A DNA stretch of 60,828 nt, filler included. It is 4 parts of 4 records of this genome, joined end to end, with 100 filler letters (N's around TTAATTAATTAA, not from the genome) between each part and the next. Parts side by side here need not be neighbours in the genome. Positions count along the whole stretch, not along the records: positions 1 to 24,292 come from SRR20825006_525; positions 24,393 to 42,454 come from SRR20825006_528; 2 more parts are not named here. One strand, given 5' to 3'. A program made the translations under genes and the position numbers. Within the stretch, counting starts at the first letter, position 1. Every line of letters starts with the position of its first letter. Under the pieces are notes generated by a model. That model was not told the origin of the DNA. It saw nothing but the letters and a program-made list of their open reading frames with translations, and made no database searches. Below are positions 19,035 to 30,300 of the stretch, one piece after another.

Positions 19035-19778
19035 TCAGAAGCGGATGACCGAGGCACTTCGAACCGGCCCGCCGCGGCCTTCCTGAACAAGGACCGCGAC
19101 ACCACCGTCGCAAGGCTGGTTCAGGGCGAAATCAAGTTCGCGCTGCATGCCGTCCCACTGCCCAAGATCGATCATTTCGCGCACGACATTGGCATGAACC
19201 AGACGCCGCCCGGCATTTTCGCCAGACCGGACATCGCGTGCCTGCTCGCGATCAAACCCGATCAGCCAAAGCTGATAGGACTGCCCGGCAGGCGGGGTAT
19301 TGAGCATGCCGAGCTTTAATTTGCCACTGGCGGGGCTGGTTCGATTATCCGATAGCAGGGCCAGTTCCGCCCATTCCCGAAGCGGGGTCGTTTCATTGCT
19401 GGTGGTGACGATTCGGCCTTTGTCGGTGGCGCGAACGACCTGATCGCCGTTGATCACGACCTGCGGGGTGTAGACATAGCGTTCACGCATGCGACCAGCA
19501 TAGTCGCGTTGCCGTTCGGTATTGGCCGCACTGGAAAACGGATCTTCCCAGCCCAGATAGTTCCAGTAATCGACATGAAACGACAGGGCAAGAAGGTCAC
19601 CATGTTCCTGATTTAATTCGTAAAGAACACGATCCGCCGGAGGGCAGGAATTGCATCCTTCGGATGTGTAAAGCTCGATCACGGCGCGGGGTGACGTGGA
19701 CTCGCCAGCATGTGCCAGCGATAAACCACCCATGAACGCGGTTCCAAGCATGAAGATAATGGGGCGAAGCTGTTTCAT
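19035..19778 (-). CDS. DUF1223 secreted thioredoxin-like protein
   Basis: VIELYTSEGCNSCPPAD, FHVDYWNYLGWEDPF, YTPQVVING, GENAGR; signal peptide. Confidence 0.9.
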   Translation of the reverse strand: MKQLRPIIFMLGTAFMGGLSLAHAGESTSPRAVIELYTSEGCNSCPPADRVLYELNQEHGDLLALSFHVDYWNYLGWEDPFSSAANTERQRDYAGRMRERYVYTPQVVINGDQVVRATDKGRIVTTSNETTPLREWAELALLSDNRTSPASGKLKLGMLNTPPAGQSYQLWLIGFDREQARDVRSGENAGRRLVHANVVREMIDLGQWDGMQRELDFALNQPCDGGVAVLVQEGRGGPVRSASVIRF

Positions 19779-20059
19779 GGATGGATGATGCCCCAAAATG
19801 CCTATCAACCACCAATCACAAGGCGTTGAAAGGTCCGTTTGCGCCAAAACGACCGATTTTTGCGCAAAACACGGCAATTTAGACAGGAGATTTCGGGAGA
19901 TCGGTGTTATTAGCTCCGGTCAATTCCGAAAGGAGGCAAAAGGTCTTCACGGAATGCGTGAGGTGAAATCACCTTTGCGTTTATAGAGAAAAATGAGGAA
20001 CCGGCACTGCGGCGGGAGCGACTTACCGCGGATGCCAGTCCAAGAAAGGTTTGCAGGCA

Positions 20060-21397
20060 ATGATTAAACGAGAGCATTGGGGGTCACGCCTCGGCTTTAT
20101 CCTGGCGGCTGCTGGGTCGGCGGTGGGGCTGGGCAACATCTGGAAGTTTCCCTATATGGCGGGCGAGAATGGCGGTGGTGCCTTCTTGCTGATTTATCTG
20201 GCGCTGGTTTTCACCATTGGCCTGTCGGTCATGCTGGCTGAAATGGTCATTGGCCGGATGACGGCAAAGAACGCCATTGGCGCGTTTGCAAAGCTCAAGG
20301 GCGGTGCATGGCCGCTGGTGGGGCTTTGTGGTGTTGCGGCTGCCTTTATCATCCTGTCATTTTACAGTGTCGTCGCCGGCTGGACGATTTCCTATATGGT
20401 CAAATCGATCACCGGGGCGCTGGCGATTGAAGACCCGGCCGCATTGGGCAGCATCTTTGGCGGGTTCATTGCCGATCCGGTTTCGCCGCTGATCTATCAT
20501 GCGATTTTCATGGCGTTGACGGTTTTTGTCGTCCTGTCGGGTGTTGGTTCGGGTATTGAACGTGCGTCAAAGATTTTGATGCCGGCCCTGTTTGCGTTGT
20601 TGCTGGTGCTTATCGTGCGTTCCGTGACCCTGCCGGGTGCGGGCGAAGGCATTGCCTTCCTGCTGTCGCCGGACTTTTCCAAAGTGACATGGGCAACGGT
20701 ATCGGAAGCGCTTTCGCAGGCGTTCTTCTCGCTCTCGCTTGGGATGGGGGCGATGATTACCTATGGCTCGTATCTGAGCAAAAAGGAAAATATCGCCAGT
20801 TCGGCTGGTTGGGTGACGCTGCTTGATACGTCGGTTGCGGTCATGGCCGGTCTTTTGATCCTGCCGGCCGTGTTTGCATTCGGCTTTGATCCAAGTGCCG
20901 GTCCGGGGCTGACCTTTATTACGTTGCCAGCGGTGTTTGCGCATATGCCGATGGGGTCGATCTTTGCGTTCATGTTCTTCCTGTTGCTGGGTATTGCGGC
21001 ATTGACGTCGGCGGTTTCGATCCTTGAGGTGGTTGTTGCCTATTTCGTTGATGACCGCGGCATCAGCCGCAAAGGGGCATCGATCACGGTGGGGGTTATC
21101 ATCTTCCTGCTGGGGATTCCGTCCTCGCTGTCGATGGGGCTCATGGGCGAGTTCAAGATCTTTGGCCTCGGCTTCTTTGATCTGATGGATTATGTCAGCT
21201 CGAAATTGCTGCTGCCGATTGGTGGCCTGTTCATCTCGCTGTTTGTCGGCTGGGTTGTCTGGGGCAAGGCCAAGGAAGATATTGCCGCCCATAATGGCGT
21301 GGTGCCGTTCTGGATCAATGGCTGGGGCATTATCGTGAAGTTCATCGCACCGCTTGCGATTGCCTTCATTCTGCTCAAGGGACTTGGCGTGCTTTAG
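20060..21397 (+). CDS. Sodium-dependent transporter, NSS/SNF family
   Basis: GSAVGLGNIWKFPY, QAFFSLSLG, GPGLTFITLP. Confidence 0.95.
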   Translation: MIKREHWGSRLGFILAAAGSAVGLGNIWKFPYMAGENGGGAFLLIYLALVFTIGLSVMLAEMVIGRMTAKNAIGAFAKLKGGAWPLVGLCGVAAAFIILSFYSVVAGWTISYMVKSITGALAIEDPAALGSIFGGFIADPVSPLIYHAIFMALTVFVVLSGVGSGIERASKILMPALFALLLVLIVRSVTLPGAGEGIAFLLSPDFSKVTWATVSEALSQAFFSLSLGMGAMITYGSYLSKKENIASSAGWVTLLDTSVAVMAGLLILPAVFAFGFDPSAGPGLTFITLPAVFAHMPMGSIFAFMFFLLLGIAALTSAVSILEVVVAYFVDDRGISRKGASITVGVIIFLLGIPSSLSMGLMGEFKIFGLGFFDLMDYVSSKLLLPIGGLFISLFVGWVVWGKAKEDIAAHNGVVPFWINGWGIIVKFIAPLAIAFILLKGLGVL

Positions 21398-21426
21398 GCC
21401 GCTTTTTTCACAGCAGAAGACATGCG

Positions 21427-21454
21427 AAGGGCGGGGAATTTCCCCGCCCTTTTT
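21427..21454. terminator. Intrinsic terminator between convergent genes
   Basis: AAGGGCGGGGA-ATT-TCCCCGCCCTTTTT. Confidence 0.85.
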
Positions 21455-21472
21455 GCTGGGGATCAAACCGGA

Positions 21473-24037
21473 TCAGGAGGCTTCGGCCGGTCTTTGCTGA
21501 GACAGGGTGAGGATTTCATCAGCGCACATCGGTTTGCCCAGAAGGTATCCCTGTATGTAATCGCATCCGGCATCGCGCAGCAGTTTGAGCTGCGCGTTGG
21601 TTTCGACACCTTCGGCGACGCATTTTTTGTGCAGGTTCTGCGCCATATTCAGGATGGTGATCGCAAGCGCACTGCCTTCGCGTCCCTGATTGATGTCGTC
21701 GACAAAACTGCGATCCATCTTGATCGTGTCAAACGGCAGTTTGCGCAGGTAGCTGAGGCTGGAAAAACCGGTGCCAAAATCATCGAGTGCGATTTTGACG
21801 CCCAGATCGCGAATGCGCTGCATGTTGGCGCGCATTTCTTCGATATTCTGCATGAACAGGCTTTCGGTGATTTCGATTTCCAGCCGGTCTGCCGCCATGC
21901 CCTTTTCGACCAGAATGGTTCTGATCTGTTCGGCAAGATCAATGGTGCCATAGAATTGCTGGACCGAGACATTCACCGCCATCGTGACGTTGTGCAGGCC
22001 CTTTTCACGCCATGCGACCGCCTGGCGGCAGGCGTGACGCAATACCCAGCGCCCCAGTTCGCCGATCACGCCCATTTCCTCGGCTACCGGAACAAAGACC
22101 GAGGGGGGGATCGCCCCCCGTTGCGGGTGGTTCCAGCGCAACAGGGCTTCGACCCCGTGCAGGTTGCCGGTGCGGGCTTCGAATTGCGGTTGATAGACCA
22201 GATGAAATTCATCGCGATCCAGCGCCTGACGCAGGGCACTTTCAAGGGCAAGGTCGGCATCGCTGCGTGAATGACTGGCGCGGTTATAGCGGCTGAACCG
22301 GTTTCGTCCCTGTTCCTTGGAATGCATCATCGCAATTTCGGCATTGCGCAAAAGATTGGCGGTATCGTTGGCGTCGTGCGGGAAGGATGCGATGCCGATG
22401 CTGGCCGAAATATAGATTTCCTGTCCCTTGCTGGTCAGGTGCGGTTGGTTTAACGCTTTTAAAAGATCATCGGCCAGTGCGGCATCATCATCGGCGGAAG
22501 TCCCCCCCGAAAGCAGAATGGCATATTCATCCGCACCAACACGCGCCAGAACACCCCCCTGATCCAGACGGCGATGCAGCCGACGGGCAACTTCGACCAG
22601 AACGTCGTCACCGTCACTGTGTCCCAGTGTGTTGTTCACCCGCTGGAAATTATCGATATCGAGCAGCAGGATCGTCAGGCGGGTTCCCTTGCGGCGGGAC
22701 TCGCCGATACCGTGGGCCAGCAGTTCAAGGAACCGGCGGCGATTGGGATAGCCGGTCAGTTCGTCAATATGGGCAAGCCGCAGGATATCTTCGCGGTTTT
22801 TCTTGCGTTCGCTGATGTCGGTAAAGATCGAGGCATACTGGCTGATCTGGCCATCGGCATCACGGATCGCGATGATCGACAGCCATTCGGGATAAATTTC
22901 GCCGGATTTGCGGCGGTTCCAGATTTCGCCTTCCCATTTGCCGTGCTGTTGAATATCGCGCCACATCGAGGTGTAAAATTCGCGAGACTGACGACCCGAT
23001 TGCAGGATATTGGGGTTTTTGCCGATCACGTCCGATGCGTTGTAACCCGTGACCCGGGTGAAGGCCGGATTGACCAGTTCGATCGTGCCATCGGCGGCAC
23101 AGACCATGATCCCGTCCGGCGATGTTTCAATGATCTTGTCTGCCAGAAACAGCGACCGGCGGGCCTTGGTCAGTTCGACATCGCGGCCTTCCATCACGGA
23201 CCTGAGATGGGCGAAGTAATCCTGTTCTATGAATTCCAGCAGATCGGCGAATGACAGAACACCGATGACATTGCCGGTTTCATCAATGACCGCAAGATGG
23301 CGGATATGTTGGGCCAGCATCGTGTCGCGGGCGTTGTTCAGGCTGGACTTGGCGGAAATGACACGCAGCGGGCGGCTGGCAATTTCGATGGCCGGTGTTG
23401 CGTGATCGCCATTGGCAAGATTGCGCAGGATATCGCGTTCGGTAATGATCCCGGTGTGATCAAGTATCGAAACCGGGTCGGTCGCGACCGACGGATCATA
23501 GACAATCGCACAATCGCATTTGGCATCATGCATGCGCGCGCGCAGTTCCGACATCGGGATATCGCCATCGACAAAGATTGTCGTGCGGCGGATGGCGGCC
23601 CCGACATCCCCATCGCCCACTTTGCGCCAACTGCCCTGTTGGCGTATCAGGTCAGACTGGCTGATGATTCCGGCAAGGCGGTTTTCCGCGTCCACGCTGA
23701 CCAGATGACGGACATGGCGTTCGCGCATACGGATGATGGCGGCTTCGGGCGTGGCATGGACCGATATGCTGTGAACCGGGGCCGACATCCATTTCGAGAT
23801 CGGCTCGTTCAGGGTGGCTTCGCAGTCGGCGGGCAGGGACAGGCAATCCTTTTCCGTCCAGATTCCGATCGGCAGGTGATCCTGTGTCACGATGATGGAG
23901 CTGCAATTGGCTTCGCGCATCATGTCGATGGCCTGACCAATCGCGGTTTCCGGCCCGCAACGCAACACGATGCCGGGGGAAATCGTACCTACGGTCAGGT
24001 GGGTGGTATTGCCATCGGCAAAACTGGGGCGCGTCAT
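21473..24037 (-). CDS. CBSx4-PAS-GGDEF-EAL protein, probable c-di-GMP phosphodiesterase
   Basis: Two CBS pairs; PAS (VNPAFTRVTGY...W.GEIWNRRKSG); degenerate GADEY; intact EAL and DDFGTG. Confidence 0.92.
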   Translation of the reverse strand: MTRPSFADGNTTHLTVGTISPGIVLRCGPETAIGQAIDMMREANCSSIIVTQDHLPIGIWTEKDCLSLPADCEATLNEPISKWMSAPVHSISVHATPEAAIIRMRERHVRHLVSVDAENRLAGIISQSDLIRQQGSWRKVGDGDVGAAIRRTTIFVDGDIPMSELRARMHDAKCDCAIVYDPSVATDPVSILDHTGIITERDILRNLANGDHATPAIEIASRPLRVISAKSSLNNARDTMLAQHIRHLAVIDETGNVIGVLSFADLLEFIEQDYFAHLRSVMEGRDVELTKARRSLFLADKIIETSPDGIMVCAADGTIELVNPAFTRVTGYNASDVIGKNPNILQSGRQSREFYTSMWRDIQQHGKWEGEIWNRRKSGEIYPEWLSIIAIRDADGQISQYASIFTDISERKKNREDILRLAHIDELTGYPNRRRFLELLAHGIGESRRKGTRLTILLLDIDNFQRVNNTLGHSDGDDVLVEVARRLHRRLDQGGVLARVGADEYAILLSGGTSADDDAALADDLLKALNQPHLTSKGQEIYISASIGIASFPHDANDTANLLRNAEIAMMHSKEQGRNRFSRYNRASHSRSDADLALESALRQALDRDEFHLVYQPQFEARTGNLHGVEALLRWNHPQRGAIPPSVFVPVAEEMGVIGELGRWVLRHACRQAVAWREKGLHNVTMAVNVSVQQFYGTIDLAEQIRTILVEKGMAADRLEIEITESLFMQNIEEMRANMQRIRDLGVKIALDDFGTGFSSLSYLRKLPFDTIKMDRSFVDDINQGREGSALAITILNMAQNLHKKCVAEGVETNAQLKLLRDAGCDYIQGYLLGKPMCADEILTLSQQRPAEAS

Positions 24038-24201
24038 GATAACCTGTTGCTGTCCAAATCCTGTCAGGTGCCCGGTTTGCGGGCATTATTGGTTAGAGTC
24101 AGGACCCATCCCTATCAAATCGTCGGGACGGCTGACTTGTTATAAATCAATGGATATATGTGGTTTGGGTTTGTCGCAATTTAAAGATGCGTTCCACGCA
24201 A

Positions 24202-24234
24202 AAACACCCCCGTCCTTGACAGACGGGGGTGTTT
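24202..24234 (-). terminator. Intrinsic terminator of a minus-strand gene ending near the contig edge
   Basis: AAACACCCCCGTC-N7-GACGGGGGTGTTT with T-run on the minus strand. Confidence 0.8.
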
Positions 24235-24266
24235 CGCATTCAGCAGGCTTCTGATTTCAGGCGAAA

Positions 24267-24292
24267 TCAGGCAGCTTTCATCATGTTACGCA
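24267..24292 (-). CDS. 3' tip of a truncated gene (..RNMMKAA*), possibly aconitase A
   Basis: Only about 8 codons before TGA and a terminator; resembles the AcnA ending YVLRN..; acnA commonly neighbours DUF1223/ccmA. Confidence 0.35.
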
Positions 24293-24392
24293 NNNNNNNN
24301 NNNNNNNNNNNNNNNNNNNNNNNNNNNNNNNNNNNNTTAATTAATTAANNNNNNNNNNNNNNNNNNNNNNNNNNNNNNNNNNNNNNNNNNNN
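24293..24392. other. Artificial contig spacer
   Basis: 44 N + TTAATTAATTAA (six-frame stop) + 44 N. Confidence 0.99.
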
Positions 24393-27300
24393 GTCCAGCT
24401 TGCCCGTCACCGTCAGAGGCAACGCCCCCAGAACAATGATCTCAGACGGCACCATGTAGGACGGAAGCCGTTCCCGGCACCAGATATGGGCGCTCTCAAG
24501 GCCAGCCTCGCCGACCACATAGGCCACCAGCCGGGCTTGCGAAGGCGTATCATCCGGCGCCCAGAGTACGGCCGCCGCCTGCCGGATATGCGGATGATCC
24601 CGTAATGTTGCTTCGATCTCACCGAGTTCAATGCGGAAGCCGCGCAGTTTGATTTGGCCGTCGCGCCGTCCGACCACCTCAAGGCTGCCGTCGGGCAGGC
24701 GGCGGGCCATGTCGCCGCTGCGATAGCGGATTGCGCCGGGGCGGACCGGGTCCGGCTCGAAGGCACTGGAATCCTGTTGCCAATAGCCGAGCGCGACATG
24801 CGGGCTGCAGATGGCGATCTCGCCGAACAGGTCCGTTCGGGTGCCGGTATCGTCGAGCAATTCGATCCCCGTGCCGTCGATGGCATGGCCGACAGGGACC
24901 GAGAACCGGCGCAAGTCGGTCTCGTGATTGGCGAAGAATTGCAGGGTCACGGTCGACTCAGTCGGGCCGAGGCCGTTGACAAACAGGCAGCCGGGCCCGA
25001 ATGCCTTCCGGAAGATCTCGAAATCGGCCCGGGTGACGGCCTCGCCGCCCATGACGACAAGCCGGATCGCGGGCAGACGGCGATCCAGCCCGTCGGTGAA
25101 GGCGCGGAAAACACTCGGCGTCGAGTGCCAGACGGTCACTCCTTCGCTTTCGAGCCAGGGCGCACTATCCGCGATCGACCGGGTGCGTGCGTCGAAGAGG
25201 CAGAGCGTGGCGCCGTTCAGCAGGGCGCCGTAGAAATCCATCACAGAAGCGTCAAAGGCGTAGGAGGCGAGCTGAAGCAGCCGGTCCTCTTCTGTCAGCC
25301 GCAGATTCTCAGTGTAGCGCCGGATGAAGTGCAGCACGTTGCGATGGTTCTGCACCACGCCCTTGGGCCGTCCGGTGGAGCCGGAGGTGTAGAGCAGGTA
25401 GGCCACGCTGTCGGGAGATATCTCAGGAAGTGTCCCGGCAGGAGGCAGATCGAGATAGTCGAGATGCAGGATCTCGCGGTCCGGCCCGGCAAGCGCGCTC
25501 GCGAGGTATTCATGAGGGGCTGCGCAGACGATGATGTCGGCGCCGACATCGTCGAGGATGGTGCGCAGCCGTTGTGGCGGTTGCGACGGATCGAGCGGGA
25601 CATAGGCACGTCCGGCCTGCAGCACGCCGAGCATGCCAATTGCCATCTGTGTATCGTGCGGCAACAACAGGGCGATGCGGCCGCTGCCGGAATGCTCAAG
25701 GAGCGCTGCGGCGAGGCGGCGGCTTTCCCGATCGAGCGCGCCATAGGTCAGTGACTGGCCCGGCGTCCGGATGGCGACGCGGTCGTGGTAGCGGGCCACC
25801 TGGTCGGCGAAACGGCTCTGGATCGAGCGCTCGATGGAGCCGAAACGGACTGGCTCGCCTGCCGGGCGGGGCATGTCGGGACGCCGCGCCGGGTCTTCAT
25901 TGTAGAGGTTCAGGTCCGTCAGCAGGGCATCCGGTTGGGCGACGATCCCGCGCAGCAGGGTGAGAAAGCAGTCGCCGAGGAAGGTGGCGGTCTCATGCTC
26001 GAACAAAGCGGCATTATATTGCAGCGCGCCGTCGAGAGCACCGTCCGGCAATTCGGTGAAAGTCAGGTTCAGATCGAACTTCACGAGGAAGTCCTGTGCC
26101 GGGCTGACCTGTTCCACCTCGAGCCCGTCCAGCGCAATCTGTTCGCGCCGTGTGTTGACCAGATTGATCATCACCTGGAACAACGGATTGTGGCTGAGTG
26201 ATCGGGCCGGATGCAGATCCTCGACCAGATATTCGAAAGGCACGTCCTGGTGGGCGTAGGCGGAAAGCGTCCCCTGCCGGATATCGGCGAGGAAGTCCCG
26301 GAAGCTCCCGGCCTCTGGGACCCTGGTGCGCATCACGAGGGTGTTGAGGAACAGGCCGACGATATCTTCCAGCCGGCTGTCGCCCCGGTTCGCCACCGGG
26401 ACACCGACGGAGATATCGCGTGTGCCGCCGAAGCGGAACAGCAAGAGGTTGTAAGCGGCCAGCAGGACCATGAAGAGGGTGGCGTCGTTTCCGCGCGCCA
26501 GAGTGCGCAGAGCGCGTGCGAGATCCGCCTCGATCCGGACGGGAGCCGAGCCGCCTTCATGCACCTGGATAGCCGGACGAGGGTGGTCGGTCGGCAGATC
26601 CAGAAGTTCCGGCGCCCCGGCAAGGCGGTCACGCCAGAAGGCGAGTTCCTGTTCCAGCGCATCACCCTTGAGCCAGGCATTCTGCCACCTGGCATAGCCG
26701 GTATAGTTCAACGCCGGCCCCGGAAACGCCGCATCCATGTCTGTCCGGAAGGCCGCATAGAGGCGGGCAAGATCGGCGATGAGCAGGTCGATGGACCAGC
26801 CGTCACAGATGATGTGATGCATGTTGAACAGCAACCGGTGCCGGTCCGGCCCGAGGGTGATCAGGTGCAGCCGGAAAAGCGGCCCCTGCGCCAGATCGAA
26901 CGGCGCGCGCGCGTGTTCCTCGCTCAGCCGTTCGGCCTCGGCTTGCGCGTCCGCTCCCGGCAGATCGCCGAGGTCGCTTTCCGTGAGCGGGTCGTAGTCT
27001 TCCAGAAAGCGGGCGACCGGCTTGCCGTCATCGAAGGCAAAGCAGAGCCGGAGGCTGTCATGACGGGTGACGAGCGCGGCAAGGGCCTTGCGCAACGCGA
27101 GCTTGTCCAGCGCGCCATTGAGGTCCAGTGCGGCGGGAACATTGTAGGACGCGCTGGTGCCTTCGAGTTGATCGAGGAACATCAGCCGCTGTTGCGCGAA
27201 AGATGGCTCTGGCGTGACCCCCGGCGGGAGCGCGGAGATTTCCGGCCGTGCGTGATTGCGCCCGGCATCGATGCTGGATGCGAGCCCGGCAAGTGTCGGC

Positions 27301-30300
27301 TTTTCGAACAAATCGCGCAGGGACAGCCCGGTTTCGAATACGTCGGCGATGCGGGCCATGAGCTGGACGGCGAGCAGGGAATGACCGCCGATGGAAAAGA
27401 AGTTCGCGTCCCGGTCGACCGCGTCAAGGCCGAGCAACCCGGCCCAGATCTCTGCGAGGATTGTCTCCGTCTGGCCGCGCGGAGGCTGGGCTGTGCGCGG
27501 GGTGAAAGACAGGTTCGACAGTGCGAGGCGGTCGAGTTTGCCGTTTGGCGTGACCGGGAGACCGTCGAGCCGGATCAGCCGGTCCGGAACCATATAGGCC
27601 GGCAGGGACCGTTCCAGCGCCGGGCGCAGTTCCTCGGGATCGGATTGTTGCCCACAGGTGACATAGCCAACCAGATGCTCGTGCGATCCGGCCTTTGAGA
27701 CAACGACGGCGGCATCCTCTACGGCAGGCTGTGCGCGCAGGGTGGCTTCGATCTCTTCGAGTTCGATCCGGAAGCCGCGCAGTTTGATCTGCTGATCGCG
27801 GCGGCCGATATAGTCGAGCGTGCCGCCGTCTTGCCACTGCACAACGTCGCCGGTTGCATAGTAACGCCCGGTATGGCCGTCCTCTGTCAGCTCGACAAAT
27901 CTGGCGGCGGTGAGCTCAGGACGCCCGAGATAACCGGCGCCGACACCGATGCCGCCGATGAAAAGCTCCCCCGGCATGCCGACGGGCACGGGAGCGCCGT
28001 TCGGGTCGAGTACCAGCACCCGGACATTATCGATCGGGCGGCCGAGCGGGACCCCGGCTGCGTCCGAAGCGGGATCGAAGGGACCCGCAATCGCAACGTC
28101 GGTGCATTCGGTCGGCCCGTAGCTGTTCAGCACGGTCGCGCGGCAGCTTGCCGAGGTCAGCCATGGTCGCAGGCGTTCGGCCTGAATGGGCTCACCGCCG
28201 AGAATCACATGACGCAGCGAGGTGAGCGGCGCGTGATTGTCGCCGGTCGCGAGCGGGTAGAAGGCACTCGGCGTGCAGTTGATCCAGGTGATCTCTCCCT
28301 CGGAAATCTCGCGGCGCAAGGCGGCCGGGTCGTATCCGTGGCCGGTCTCCGGGAAATGAAGCGCGGCACCGGCCATGAGGGGGGCGAACAGGTTTTTCTG
28401 CGTCAGGTCGAAACCAAGCGCGCTGACCAGCAAGCCCCGGTCGTCTTCGCCAAGATCAAGTGCCCGGCAATACCATTGCAGCAGATTGACGAAGCCCTTG
28501 TGATAGACGCCAGCCCCTTTCGGCTCTCCGGTGGAGCCGGATGTGTAAATGACATAGAGCAGGTCATCGGGTGCGGGCCGGGTGGCCGGGTTCTCGACGC
28601 TCTCTTCGGCAAGCGTCGCGGCCAGCTGGTCCAGCAGGCAGATTTTTGCCGTTTCAGGAAGCCGGTCCGCCAGTTCGCCCTTGCTGAGGACCAGAGAGGC
28701 ACCCGAGCCGGTAATCATCGCGTCGAGCCGCCCCGGGGGATATGCCGGGTCGAGCGGCAGATAGGCGGCGCCTGCCTTCACGATGCCGAGCAGACTGACC
28801 ATCGCTTCCGGGCCGGGCTCGAGACACATGCCGACGATGTCCCCGCGCGAAATTCCGTGCCGCTGAAGATAATGGGCGAGCTGGTTGGCGCTGCGATTGA
28901 CCATGTCGTAATCAAGGCTCTCGCGCCGGTCGACGAGCGCCGGGGCGTCCGGTCGCTGTGCGGCCTGGGCCTCGATGGCATCGACCAGTGTGTTCCAGGA
29001 AAGATCCGTGCTTGCGCCATCTTGCCAATGCGCGAGCGCGGCGCGCTCCGGTTCGGTGATCAGTCCGAGATCACCAAGGGCCAGGTGCGGCCTGGATATG
29101 GCGGCGCCGAGCAGTTGCTCGAAATGACCGGCCATCCGCGCGATGCGGGCTTCGTCGAAAATGTCCGCGTTATATTCCCAGCAGGTGACGAATCCGTCTC
29201 CGTCCGGCTCGACATAAAGCGTAAGGTCGAATTTCGACACGGCGACCGGGGGCGCAAGCGGGCGGGCCTCGGTACCGTCGAAGACCAGCCGCTCCATCGG
29301 CGCGTTCTGCATCACGAACATCACCTGGAACAACGGGCTGTGCACCAGACTGCGCTCAGGGTGCAGGTGATCGACCAGCAGCTCGAAAGGCAGGTCCTGA
29401 TTGGCGTAGGCCCTGAGACAGCGGCGCCGGGTCTCTGCGACCAGTGCGGCGAAATCCGGCAGCTCCTCGTCGCGCCATCGCAGGGTCAGGATATTGACGA
29501 ACATCCCCGCCAGATCCTCGCATTCCCGAAGCCGCCGGTTCGCGACCGGAGAGCCGATCAGAAGATCATGCTGGTCGCTGTACCGGGACAGGAGCAAGCC
29601 GAAGGTGGAGATCAGGGTCATGAAGTCGGTCGCGCTCTCCGCCCGGTTGAAGGCGCGCAGATTTGCGGCGAGAGCAGGATCGAGGGCGCGGGTCACGAGG
29701 CCGCCGCGATAGCTGCGGCTTTTGGGATGCGGACGGTCCGCGGGCAGTTCGAGCAGGGTCGGCGCGCCGTCCAGCTCCGCGATCCAGTGGTCGAGCTCGC
29801 GGCTGAGCGTTTCACCCTGGAACCAGTCATTCTGCCAGCGGGCAAAGTCGCCGCTGGTGACGGTCAGATCGGGAAGGCTGGCGGCCATTCCCTGATCGCC
29901 ATGTGTCTCTGCCCGGTACAGTGCGGCAAAATCGCGGACGAGAATGTCGATGGTCCAGCCATCGCTGATGATGTGGTGGATATTGAACAGTAGCCAGTGC
30001 GTCCGGTCGTCGAAGCGCAGCAGGTGCAGGCGGAACAGGGGACCTTCCGAAAGGTCGAAAGGCTGTGCGCCGTGGCTCCTGCTCAGGCGTTCTGCCTCGG
30101 GCATGCGTTCGTCGGCGGGAAGCGTGCTCAGGTCAGTGACCTTCAGCGGGTCGTAAGGTGCGACAAGCTCCGCGACAGGCTCGCCCGCACGGGACGGGAA
30201 ACAGCTTCGCAGGCTTGTTTGCCGTTCAACGAGTGCCCGCGCGGCTTGGCCGAGAGCCTTCTCATCGAGGGTCCCGCGCAGCTCCAGCGTGGCCGGCATG

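Noticed and set aside
24337-24348. TTAATTAATTAA palindrome (also at 42499 and 55163) as a repeat or CtrA-like site
   Set aside because: Synthetic six-frame stop linker embedded in N runs
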